Part shown: positions 42,438 through 50,660 of the stretch, piece after piece
How the letters are laid out: the number at the start of each line of letters is the position of its first letter
Numbering within the stretch: position 1 is the stretch's first letter
Virus record (IMG/VR): IMGVR_UViG_3300050132_000038
Location: 62,001-126,000 of that record
DNA length: 64,000 nt
Reading direction: 5' to 3' (one strand)
The notes under the pieces: generated by a model
The model's input: only the letters and a program-made list of their open reading frames with translations
The model's database searches: none
What the model was told of the DNA's origin: nothing
Translations under genes and position numbers: made by a program

Positions 42438-43157
42438 CTACACTGCAGCCGACTTGGAAGCCTTAGACATAGCACTCAGCTTGGTCTTGACTGCTGCTAC
42501 AGTCTTCGGATGGTTCTTCAGGTTGTCACGCAGATACTTCAGCTCACGGCGATTGAAACGGGCACGGGTACGCAAAGCATTCAATGCCTTAATATCCGCT
42601 TCCGTTGCAACCTTGTCGGCAAACATAACGAAAGAAGCGGTGAGGCCGTTCTCGTCAGTTTCCAATCCTGCCTTAGCTGCCGAAGCCAGTGTGATTTCCT
42701 GATTGGGTCCGATCACCGAAACTGGGTTCTCTTCGTCTTCTTTGAAACCATCAGTGCGAGTAATCGACACGTTGGAATCAGCGATAGTACGAGGAGCACC
42801 TGCTTCCTTGATGTGCTGCGTGATGGCGAACAAACGTTGACGTTCTTCCTTGGCACCATCTTCACGGAGAATCTTTTGTGCGGTAGGTTCGTCGATGATA
42901 GTCAACAAACCATTACGCACTGCTGCCCGAAAATCTGTTGATTCGAGGATACGATGCTTCGGGAAGTTGGTGGTCAAGTCAACAGGCAACCAAGTCGAGG
43001 GAACCTTGAGAGCTTGTCCTTGTTGACCAACGTTACCTGGGATGGACAACAAGATGTCTCCGTTGATTTCCAGGAGGGACTCTGCGCCAGTGTTACGAAC
43101 CCAAACAGAACCCAGGGGGCCGAGAGTTTCCAATTGTGCAACGGTAAGCGTCTTCAT
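42438..43157 (-). CDS. Hypothetical protein (TWLP family)
   Basis: 239 aa; shares a domain with 47071..47763. Confidence 0.8.
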   Translation of the reverse strand: MKTLTVAQLETLGPLGSVWVRNTGAESLLEINGDILLSIPGNVGQQGQALKVPSTWLPVDLTTNFPKHRILESTDFRAAVRNGLLTIIDEPTAQKILREDGAKEERQRLFAITQHIKEAGAPRTIADSNVSITRTDGFKEDEENPVSVIGPNQEITLASAAKAGLETDENGLTASFVMFADKVATEADIKALNALRTRARFNRRELKYLRDNLKNHPKTVAAVKTKLSAMSKASKSAAV

Positions 43158-43230
43158 TTTGATTTTCCATTATAGTCCTGGGAAGGGTGGTTGACCGGGA
43201 TGGTCTTTGTGAACTCGTTGGTTCACGGGA

Positions 43231-43482
43231 TCACGAGTCTTGTAGCTCGTGTTTGATCTTGAATGCTAAACTATTGCGTAAGATATTTACAACAGCAGAA
43301 TCAATTGGTGGTAGACCTACTAAGGCTGCGAACTCAACTGGGGTAAAGTCTGAGTTTGCGAATACCTCACTATATTTACAGAGGCCGTTGACGCGGTGCT
43401 TCCACATACACTGAGAAGTCTCCAGTGGGCACTCTGCTACCGATAACTGTTTGTGGATGATAATGCAGTAGGCAGTCATCAC
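43231..43482 (-). CDS. Cys-rich hypothetical protein
   Basis: YCII...ECP...CMWKH...LCKY. Confidence 0.65.
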   Translation of the reverse strand: MMTAYCIIIHKQLSVAECPLETSQCMWKHRVNGLCKYSEVFANSDFTPVEFAALVGLPPIDSAVVNILRNSLAFKIKHELQDS

Positions 43483-44150
43483 GATACTCCATTAAGTATT
43501 TTTCGACGTTGATAGCGAATACGTTTTCTCAACTCTTCATCGACGTCCAAGGACTTCAACCACTCTTTGAACGGGAAGTCAACCTGCTTAGGCTGAACTA
43601 CCTTAGTTCCGTCATTAGCAAATTCCTTGTGTAGAACTTTTCGTTTAGCTTCAACGACAGCAGCCGCTTCATGAAGATCGTCGAAGTATCCTAGGTAGTA
43701 CAGAACACCGTTAGACCTAATCTGAGCGAACCACTTGTTCTTCCTAGCAGCCCAGCTAACACCTTTAATTCCAGATTTGTTATTTGATGCTAGAGAGGAG
43801 TTGGCTTGATTCTGTGCGTTAGTTGCTAGTCTGAGATTCTTCCAGCTGTTGTTAGTGTTATCTGTGTCGGCGTGATCCACTTCAAATTTCCCAGGGTCTT
43901 TACCAGTAACCAACTTCCAGATGATTCGGTGTATGTAGAAGTTAGAGTGGTTAAGCTGAACAATCGGGCGGCCTCCTGAGGTAGTACTGGATAACACTTT
44001 ACCGGAGAAGCGGGAATTCCAGCCATCCGCATTACCACTCGAAGGGAAATGACTATAAGGGCGAACTCTCCACACTAAGTTTCCCGTCTCTGGATCGTAG
44101 TCAAAGCACTCTTTGAGAAACTTCAGGCGAGGTAGTTTCTTAAAACGCAT
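43479..44150 (-). CDS. HNH homing endonuclease with AP2 domain
   Basis: FDYDPETGNL, IHRIIW, VDHADTDNTNNSWKNLRLAT..QN, SGIKGVSW...KWFAQI...YLGYFD. Confidence 0.9.
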   Translation of the reverse strand: MRFKKLPRLKFLKECFDYDPETGNLVWRVRPYSHFPSSGNADGWNSRFSGKVLSSTTSGGRPIVQLNHSNFYIHRIIWKLVTGKDPGKFEVDHADTDNTNNSWKNLRLATNAQNQANSSLASNNKSGIKGVSWAARKNKWFAQIRSNGVLYYLGYFDDLHEAAAVVEAKRKVLHKEFANDGTKVVQPKQVDFPFKEWLKSLDVDEELRKRIRYQRRKILNGVS

Positions 44151-44160
44151 GAGGGAGCTC

Positions 44161-45180
44161 CTAACTTACAGTGTTAAGAATCTTTCGTCTAATAGATTTT
44201 ATTTTCTTCCGCATAGCCTCGTCTACATCTAGGCTGGAAACCCAGGTGCGAAAGAAGTCTTCCGTCTTGAACGACACAGCCTGTCCCTCGGTTAAGTCTT
44301 CGGTGAGGACCATCTGCAGGTCCTCCTTCGACTTGAATGGCTTAATCATTACGATGTTTGAAAACTTACCGTAGTCCGATGCCGATACATCCGCCCCATC
44401 CTGGATGACTAGCTTCACTAGATTGAACCCACCCTCTGGAATAGTTGCCAGGTCATCTCGAGTGTTCAGTACGATAGTGTGCAGCTTGTATTTGGGGTCG
44501 TGCTTGACCAGCCGGATTTCGTAATCCTTCGGCCCGTTGAATTCTATGTGATGGAAATACTTTGGAAGGCTTTCTCCAAAGTTTTGTTGATATAGTGTTC
44601 CGCTGTAATACGTGTTACGGACTCTATGAGCGGTATGCAAATGTCCAGCGACGATAACGGACTTGGAGTCTGTAAGATCATCTGATCCCATGACACGCCC
44701 CGCGTCGTTCTTACTTCCGCGAACTTCTTTATGGTAGACATTGAGAGCCTTACTATCGAAGGATTCGTGAGGGTACGGGAGGAACCGAACTGGAGCACCG
44801 TCGATCTCTACCGTCTTTGGTTTAGTGTAGAACTTCACGTTAGACTTAGAGTACAAGAGCTTCAACAGTTCTAGGGAATGCCCGGTGTCCGGTGTTTCTC
44901 CATAGAGGTCATGGTTCCCTAGGATGATATGGAACGTGAAGTCATCGTTTGATGCAAGGAATCTTGAGAGGGCCATCATCCCCTGATACGAACCCCTGGG
45001 TGAATCAAAAATATCCCCGTACAGCAGAGTGGTATTGATCCCATGCTTCCTCCCGTATTGTAAAACCTTTTCCATCTCCTCCGTTACCATTTGATCGGAG
45101 TCCTGCACGTACTTCGATAGTCCACCCGACCCGTCTGCGCTCGACAGGTGCAGGTCCCCGATGCCCAAAAATTCAGCCAC
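44161..45180 (-). CDS. SbcD/Mre11 (T4 gp47-like) recombination nuclease subunit
   Basis: GDLHL, GDIFD, LGNHD, AGHLH, YSGTL..NFGE metallophosphoesterase motifs. Confidence 0.8.
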   Translation of the reverse strand: MAEFLGIGDLHLSSADGSGGLSKYVQDSDQMVTEEMEKVLQYGRKHGINTTLLYGDIFDSPRGSYQGMMALSRFLASNDDFTFHIILGNHDLYGETPDTGHSLELLKLLYSKSNVKFYTKPKTVEIDGAPVRFLPYPHESFDSKALNVYHKEVRGSKNDAGRVMGSDDLTDSKSVIVAGHLHTAHRVRNTYYSGTLYQQNFGESLPKYFHHIEFNGPKDYEIRLVKHDPKYKLHTIVLNTRDDLATIPEGGFNLVKLVIQDGADVSASDYGKFSNIVMIKPFKSKEDLQMVLTEDLTEGQAVSFKTEDFFRTWVSSLDVDEAMRKKIKSIRRKILNTVS

Positions 45181-45190
45181 AGCAATTCTC

Positions 45191-45382
45191 CTACTTCTTT
45201 AACTTAATACGAATCTCTACAGTTTCTTTCTTAGAGAAGTTTTCAGTTCCTACGTGATAGCGCCTACGAAGTACGATAGGGTCTAGGTTATCGCAAGCCT
45301 GTATCCAGCTGGAGGAAACAACATCGAGTTCCAGAGTGGAAGCACCGTCCTCGTCTAAACAGCTAATACTGAATACGCTCAT
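45191..45382 (-). CDS. Hypothetical protein
   Basis: Packed ORF. Confidence 0.55.
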   Translation of the reverse strand: MSVFSISCLDEDGASTLELDVVSSSWIQACDNLDPIVLRRRYHVGTENFSKKETVEIRIKLKK

Positions 45383-45594
45383 ATCAATACGCCACTAGGC
45401 CATGCTTTAGCTTCATTAAGACACCAGCCTAGGTAAAGACCCTCTACATAATCATCTAGATATCTACCGGCAGTGTCCTGAGTAAAATCAATTTTGGCGT
45501 CTGGGTAGTTGTCCTCAATCATAGATATGAATTTCTTCTGATTGTCCTCAGAGCCTAGTAGGGTTTTCCAACGCACACTACGATTAACTCTCAT
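45379..45594 (-). CDS. Hypothetical protein
   Basis: Packed ORF. Confidence 0.6.
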   Translation of the reverse strand: MRVNRSVRWKTLLGSEDNQKKFISMIEDNYPDAKIDFTQDTAGRYLDDYVEGLYLGWCLNEAKAWPSGVLI

Positions 45595-45778
45595 TAGTAT
45601 TCCTCCTCGTCAAACTCTAGTTCAAATCTAGCTTTGTGCTCTGTGCAGAACGTGTTGTACTTGCGATACTTGTTACCATCGTCGTCAGTAGGTAAAGTAT
45701 ATCCTACAGGTGCTCACAGTATTTGGCAACTACACCAGGAGAGTTAGGTATGAGGACCCATCTACAATTGTGAACCAT
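45594..45778 (-). pseudogene. Frameshifted Cys/His microgene
   Basis: MVHNCRWVLIPNSPGVVAKYCE continues in another frame as APVGYTLPTDDDGNKYRKYNTFCTEH...; 185 nt, one base short of a triplet multiple. Confidence 0.5.
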
Positions 45779-45779
45779 A

Positions 45780-46043
45780 TCAAATACCAATCAGTGTGTA
45801 GCCGTTCTCAAAAGCTTCGGCAGGACTGTAGGAGGTGTAGCCGTCTTCGTACACAACGTAGTAACCACCGGCTTGCGGTCTGTGTTTATAGTACCAGTCA
45901 TAGTCTATATACACAGGAGATAAGTTTGGGTCTGTAGGTACTATACACACGAGTGAGATACCATCCGGTGTTTCTTCATAGCTAACAGCGAGGATTTTGA
46001 AGGCGTGTACTTTCTTGTGGCTCTGGTATTGTGGCAAGTTCAT
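45780..46043 (-). CDS. Conserved small phage protein (GGYYVVYEDGY.S.SP..AFE type)
   Basis: LPQYQSHKKVHAFKI...GGYYVVYEDGYTSYSPAEAFENGY. Confidence 0.75.
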   Translation of the reverse strand: MNLPQYQSHKKVHAFKILAVSYEETPDGISLVCIVPTDPNLSPVYIDYDWYYKHRPQAGGYYVVYEDGYTSYSPAEAFENGYTLIGI

Positions 46044-46411
46044 TTCGATTCTCCGGTAAATAATTCCAAGATCTCATTCATCGTCGAACGAGAGAATGCT
46101 GTGTTACTTTTATCAGCGGCATGAATACGAAGGCGTTCAATTAAACTTGCATCTGGAACTTTGTTGGACAGGGGTTCCCAATCACGTTCAAAGACTTCAG
46201 CTGAGACAATCACTGCTTCCTCGCCGGATACAACGTAGTAGCTACCGGCCTCTATGTTGTGCCATTCTCGACGGCATAATGCCTTACTTATGTCGATATG
46301 CTCGCCGTCCTCTACTATAAGAACACCACGAAACGAATCTGGACCCGAGGCAATCTCTATGCGGGTAATCTTTGCGGCCATTACCCGTTCTTTCTGTTGG
46401 TACTCTTTCAT
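46040..46411 (-). CDS. Diverged paralog of 45780..46043
   Basis: AAKIT...GSYYVV...SAEVFERDW. Confidence 0.65.
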   Translation of the reverse strand: MKEYQQKERVMAAKITRIEIASGPDSFRGVLIVEDGEHIDISKALCRREWHNIEAGSYYVVSGEEAVIVSAEVFERDWEPLSNKVPDASLIERLRIHAADKSNTAFSRSTMNEILELFTGESK

Positions 46412-46425
46412 TTTAGCTTTCCTGG

Positions 46426-46659
46426 TTAGCCGAAGCGGTTACGCTGTTCCGTAACTGCGTAGTCAGCCCATAGACCTGCTAACTTCACTTTCCCCTCACC
46501 GGAGGTTACTAGTGTACCTTCTATCTTCCAGCCAGATGCTGAGATAGCAGTGGGGAGTAGTTTAAGAAAGGCAGCTGTCCAGAGCGTCTTGTCAGCGTGA
46601 TCCATCCCGTTTGTGGATACTGCTAGGTTAGGTATAGCTTCTTGAGCAGCGGTATTCAT
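46426..46659 (-). CDS. Hypothetical protein
   Basis: Packed ORF. Confidence 0.6.
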   Translation of the reverse strand: MNTAAQEAIPNLAVSTNGMDHADKTLWTAAFLKLLPTAISASGWKIEGTLVTSGEGKVKLAGLWADYAVTEQRNRFG

Positions 46660-46937
46660 TTTAGTTTCTTCTCCTCGTTCAACATCTCTGCCATGATCTC
46701 CTGCTTCGTACTGAGGAAATCTTGCATCGCCACGTTCCGGTCTGCATGGTGTTTCGCCCAGATGTCCTCCACCTGGTACATACGGAAGTCCTCAGGAGCA
46801 CGGAAGAACACGCTATACATTGATCTATGTGGGACGTGGGTGATAGAGATAACTGTTGCGCCTTCGTCCTCAACTATGTTGGCGAGGATTGCGGCGTCGT
46901 GTGTATCACTCGCAAACATCAAGTGTATCTTACTCAT
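46656..46937 (-). CDS. Hypothetical protein
   Basis: TGTAAATA at 46958-46965, 20 nt upstream of the ATG. Confidence 0.65.
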   Translation of the reverse strand: MSKIHLMFASDTHDAAILANIVEDEGATVISITHVPHRSMYSVFFRAPEDFRMYQVEDIWAKHHADRNVAMQDFLSTKQEIMAEMLNEEKKLK

Positions 46938-47070
46938 GGCTTCTCCGGTAACTAAGTTATTTACAGTGAATCCAGGAACATCTGGCCTATGTCTTCCAGT
47001 GAGGGCATAGTGGGCTGTGCGTCGGATTCTTGTAGAGCTTGTGCCTCATCTTCAGTTAGGATATTGTCCA

Positions 47071-47763
47071 TTACTTACTCCCGGAGGTCATGTTGTTGAT
47101 CGTAGCCTGTGCATCTTTTAGAATTGAGAGCTCTTGCGTAAGTTGTTCCCGTGCAAGAGCAGACTCCGCAACGAGCATCTTCTTATCGGCTATAGTCTGA
47201 GCCAACCGATCTTTCTCAGCTTGTGCGGCAGGTTCCGATAGCAGGCGTCGCGCTACTGAGGGATCTATAATCAAGATGGACTTGTCATTAACTCGATCCC
47301 AGAAGCCAGAGATCAATGATAACTTCGCCGGGGACACTAGGGCATGAACGTTGATAGGCAACCACGTCTGCGGGATAGTGAAGAAATCCTGATTCTGTTT
47401 AGCCTCGACTAGGCTGGCTAGAAGGTGCTTCTGTGCAGCGTGGTAATCACCCCACTTGTGCGCCCAATCCTTTTCTGCTGGAGGGTAGGGGAATATGTGA
47501 TCGTCAATAGGACGGGAGGTCAACGAGAATACAAACTCACCTGCAGCACCTAGTACATCTATTGAGTTGTTGAGTATCCAGAGCTCTTTGAGCTCAACTA
47601 CAGCGAGGACTTCGGGCTCGGCTTCTTTAGCCATAGACTCTATTGTGTCCTGCAACCGCTTGGCGTCCCAGTCTGGAGCCCATTCTATTTTGGTGAGGGT
47701 AGTTGTGGGTTTGGGTTTACCAGTCAGCCACTGCTTGAACTTGTGGTGAATTTTCTTAATCAT
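47071..47763 (-). CDS. Hypothetical protein (TWLP family domain)
   Basis: TIPQTWLPIN...IIDPSVARRLLSEPAAQAEKDRL. Confidence 0.7.
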   Translation of the reverse strand: MIKKIHHKFKQWLTGKPKPTTTLTKIEWAPDWDAKRLQDTIESMAKEAEPEVLAVVELKELWILNNSIDVLGAAGEFVFSLTSRPIDDHIFPYPPAEKDWAHKWGDYHAAQKHLLASLVEAKQNQDFFTIPQTWLPINVHALVSPAKLSLISGFWDRVNDKSILIIDPSVARRLLSEPAAQAEKDRLAQTIADKKMLVAESALAREQLTQELSILKDAQATINNMTSGSK

Positions 47764-48212
47764 TTGTTTTTCTCGTTGAAGATCGTGATGTAGTTGTTGA
47801 GTGGTACGTCTTCCCACCGTTCATATCTAAGCTTAGTCGAGGGATCGAACAAGGCAGAGCCATCCCAATAGACGACGTGCATCTCGTTCTCAAGATTTAG
47901 GGAGGGCACCTGGATGATAGCTCGACGACCCCACAGTAGGAGCCGGAGCATCGTAGTCTTTAACTCTACTAGACCGTGTGCGTCGGTGAGAAGGTAGCCA
48001 GCGTGGATTGACTGGAAATCTTTCTCCCATGTGAACCCTGCAATGTTCATAATCTTTTCGAGAACAGGACCGGAGGTACCCTTGAGGTCCATCTCGGCTA
48101 GTTCCTCGTGGGTTAGCTTCCCTCTAATGTATGCGTGACTAACGGAAGCAGCCATCGACACACAGCAGAGGTAGCAGTCTCGGTCTCTTCGTTGAGTAAT
48201 TAGTTCAGTCAT
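47760..48212 (-). CDS. Papain-like (C39-type) peptidase-fold protein
   Basis: QRRDRDCYLCCVSM (Q...C) and MHVVYWDG..LFDP (H...D). Confidence 0.6.
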   Translation of the reverse strand: MTELITQRRDRDCYLCCVSMAASVSHAYIRGKLTHEELAEMDLKGTSGPVLEKIMNIAGFTWEKDFQSIHAGYLLTDAHGLVELKTTMLRLLLWGRRAIIQVPSLNLENEMHVVYWDGSALFDPSTKLRYERWEDVPLNNYITIFNEKNK

Positions 48213-48396
48213 TGTGCCCACCGTTGTTATACATGTTGAGTAGTGCCGTGGCAATCAGTGGTACGTCCCACTCACGAACCTGCTTAGTGGAAGCCATCAA
48301 CTGGTTAGCCATTCGCATAGCCCATGGAGGAATGCCTTTGTAGTTACCATCTTCGTCGGGAGTGAAGCCCTCAGGTAGTCGCATGTCCGTGCTCAT
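48205..48396 (-). CDS. Hypothetical protein
   Basis: Start MSTDMR. Confidence 0.6.
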   Translation of the reverse strand: MSTDMRLPEGFTPDEDGNYKGIPPWAMRMANQLMASTKQVREWDVPLIATALLNMYNNGGHND

Positions 48397-48415
48397 TGAC
48401 GTTCTCCTACGGTTC

Positions 48416-48607
48416 TCATTGCTGCTCCCATTTAACAACGTCAGCTTTACCAGTGAACACGAGGTATGCCAACTTGAATCGTCTGAACAGATAGAGACCA
48501 GAGTAGCCGAGAGGACGACAGGGTACCCAGCGGCCGTTTACAAGTCTCAGCAGTTCTTTAGTTATAGTCGCAACGGACTCAGGTGAGTATAGACTAGGTA
48601 CGTTCAT
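48416..48607 (-). CDS. Hypothetical phage protein
   Basis: WVPCRPLGY...AYLVFTGKADVVKW. Confidence 0.7.
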   Translation of the reverse strand: MNVPSLYSPESVATITKELLRLVNGRWVPCRPLGYSGLYLFRRFKLAYLVFTGKADVVKWEQQ

Positions 48608-48837
48608 TTAATGCTCCCTATACGGACAAGGTCTTCAACGAGAACCACGGAAGGTTTGTACATCTCCAAGAAAGTAGTCCAGTCGGCACCCGTCATTCTC
48701 TTCTCTGAGGCCGCCGCCTCCTCGTTGGCGTAGCGAACAGGAATACCTAACGCTTTCATTAAGATTTCGATCTCGCCGAGGATGGCAGACTTACCCGAGC
48801 CTACTCTACCCCTTACTGTAATTGTGATTTCACTCAT
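48604..48837 (-). CDS. Hypothetical phage protein
   Basis: ITITVRGRVGSGKSAILGEIEILMKALG. Confidence 0.7.
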   Translation of the reverse strand: MSEITITVRGRVGSGKSAILGEIEILMKALGIPVRYANEEAAASEKRMTGADWTTFLEMYKPSVVLVEDLVRIGSIK

Positions 48838-48953
48838 ACGATGTTCCAAAGAAACAGGAAAAGGTCTAGTCCCATTTTACCAACTAGAAGGAGAATCATA
48901 CCTAAAACTATAATACATATTACGGCGAACAGCGCATCCATCAGGTGTCTCCT

Positions 48954-49190
48954 TTAGACGATAGCGCCAAACCGCTGCATCACAAGCTTCTGGTGAGCAC
49001 ACGCTAATAGCTCACTAGCATTAACAGGATCTGCACTGCCAAATCCTAAGACTGGTAGACCGGTAGCCTCAAGGACAACCACAGCGCCTATCGCCTTGCC
49101 GTACTTCCCATTCTCAAGATCATCGGCTAGCTGACGTAGCATTGCCGGTACGTCGCTTAAGTCTGAGGTAGGTAATTTCGTAACTGTCAT
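48954..49190 (-). CDS. Hypothetical phage protein
   Basis: DVPAMLRQLADDLENG. Confidence 0.7.
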   Translation of the reverse strand: MTVTKLPTSDLSDVPAMLRQLADDLENGKYGKAIGAVVVLEATGLPVLGFGSADPVNASELLACAHQKLVMQRFGAIV

Positions 49191-49606
49191 TATTGAGGGT
49201 CTCCGTATTCGTTCCAGTCGCTATCATCGTCTTTATCTTTGTAGCCAAGTATTGATAACCAGTCTACGTGTAGAGCTCTTGGGATCATAGGCATCTCTTG
49301 ACGCTCTCCATCCTTATAGTATTCGTACTCCTTCACTATAAGACTCTCAGGTGGGTTAAAGCCTAGGCTCCCTCGAAGGTTCAAATCGAACTCAGCACCA
49401 AACATCTCGAGTGTTGTAGGGTTTAGCACGGACACAAAGATAGAGCACGCAGTCCAGTTGTGTTGGGGATCGTCTGATCCAGCGTACTTACGTAACAGGG
49501 GTATCAGGGCTTCGGCTAGATTGTTAGAGTCGGTATCTATTGTTCCCACAAGATCAGCAGCTCCTCCCTGTTGACCGTACTGATCGGCAATGAAAACTAA
49601 GTACAT
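49190..49606 (-). CDS. Hypothetical protein
   Basis: Packed ORF. Confidence 0.65.
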   Translation of the reverse strand: MYLVFIADQYGQQGGAADLVGTIDTDSNNLAEALIPLLRKYAGSDDPQHNWTACSIFVSVLNPTTLEMFGAEFDLNLRGSLGFNPPESLIVKEYEYYKDGERQEMPMIPRALHVDWLSILGYKDKDDDSDWNEYGDPQ

Positions 49607-49776
49607 TGTCTTAACTCCTGTAGAGACGAATTACGGTGTACCATTGATCAGTGTTTCGTGGCGCTGCCTGGAGTTGCTGTATTGCATCCTCAGCTAACTG
49701 CGGCGTGGAGAAGTCTACGACCACAGAGGAAACTGCGCAGCCGTGGCTATCGCCTACGTGAGTGCTGATAAGTAGT

Positions 49777-50112
49777 TTAAACATTGGAGTCCTTTAGCTG
49801 TTGAACTGCTTGGTCTATAACCGAATCCATATCTAAATCGATCAAAGGTTGTTTCTTCGGATCTAAGATAACTTCAGTGTCAGAGTCTTCGTGGAGGAAC
49901 CCTGCGATCTCTGCGTTTCTCTCTGCTTGCCTGAATGTCTGAAGGGGAACCATCGCCATTAGAGCCAGACTAGTTTGCAGAAAGTTATGCAGGCGATCTA
50001 TATCTTGTTCGTCTACAAGTCCTCGTCGAACGTTGTTCAAAGTTCGTATAGTGTTCTTACGGTAGAGACCTATGATGTGATCTTTACCTCGTGAATCTTT
50101 CTTTGTGCTCAT
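49777..50112 (-). CDS. Hypothetical protein
   Basis: TGTAAATA upstream at 50148-50155. Confidence 0.7.
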   Translation of the reverse strand: MSTKKDSRGKDHIIGLYRKNTIRTLNNVRRGLVDEQDIDRLHNFLQTSLALMAMVPLQTFRQAERNAEIAGFLHEDSDTEVILDPKKQPLIDLDMDSVIDQAVQQLKDSNV

Positions 50113-50146
50113 CTTCTAGGCAGTTCTCAGTGAGACTAGTTATGAT

Positions 50147-50656
50147 TTATTTACAAGGGTACTCTTCACCGTAGTCCTCATCGTCACCGAACGGATCATC
50201 TGTAGGTTCACCGATGGAGAGTACCTTGATAAACCTGTAGCCTTTGGGATCATCAACTAGCGTGAGCGTATACACTGCGTAATGCACTTTCGGGTACACA
50301 GTGTCCTGGTAGGGTTGGACTTGTACAGCTTGAACCTTATAGAGCTCTCCGTTACACAGCTTAAACATAGAGGGGTAGAAGTATGGATCCTGCTCGAAGC
50401 ACTCCAGGCCGGTTATTGTTGAATCCTCGTAGAATAAAGTACACATGAGCTTCTGTGAGAACCCTGAGGCTGGGTTCGTACGGGTGAAGCGGGCGTGCAC
50501 TGGGTATTGAGCACCACCAGTAGGTAACTTTGATTTGACCTCGGGCTCAGGGTTAATCCAGGACTTCAAGATCTGAATCTGCTCCTTGGCAAGCTTTACT
50601 TTGTTCCACGAGGCTTCAGCGACTACCATGTTGAAGTCTTCGTCGATGATTATCAT
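50147..50656 (-). CDS. Hypothetical protein
   Basis: Packed ORF. Confidence 0.7.
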   Translation of the reverse strand: MIIIDEDFNMVVAEASWNKVKLAKEQIQILKSWINPEPEVKSKLPTGGAQYPVHARFTRTNPASGFSQKLMCTLFYEDSTITGLECFEQDPYFYPSMFKLCNGELYKVQAVQVQPYQDTVYPKVHYAVYTLTLVDDPKGYRFIKVLSIGEPTDDPFGDDEDYGEEYPCK

Positions 50657-50660
50657 TTAG

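Noticed and set aside
43479-44150. Group I intron hosting the HNH gene
   Set aside because: The ORF abuts both neighbours with no room for ribozyme core sequence, and the upstream gene has its own complete end
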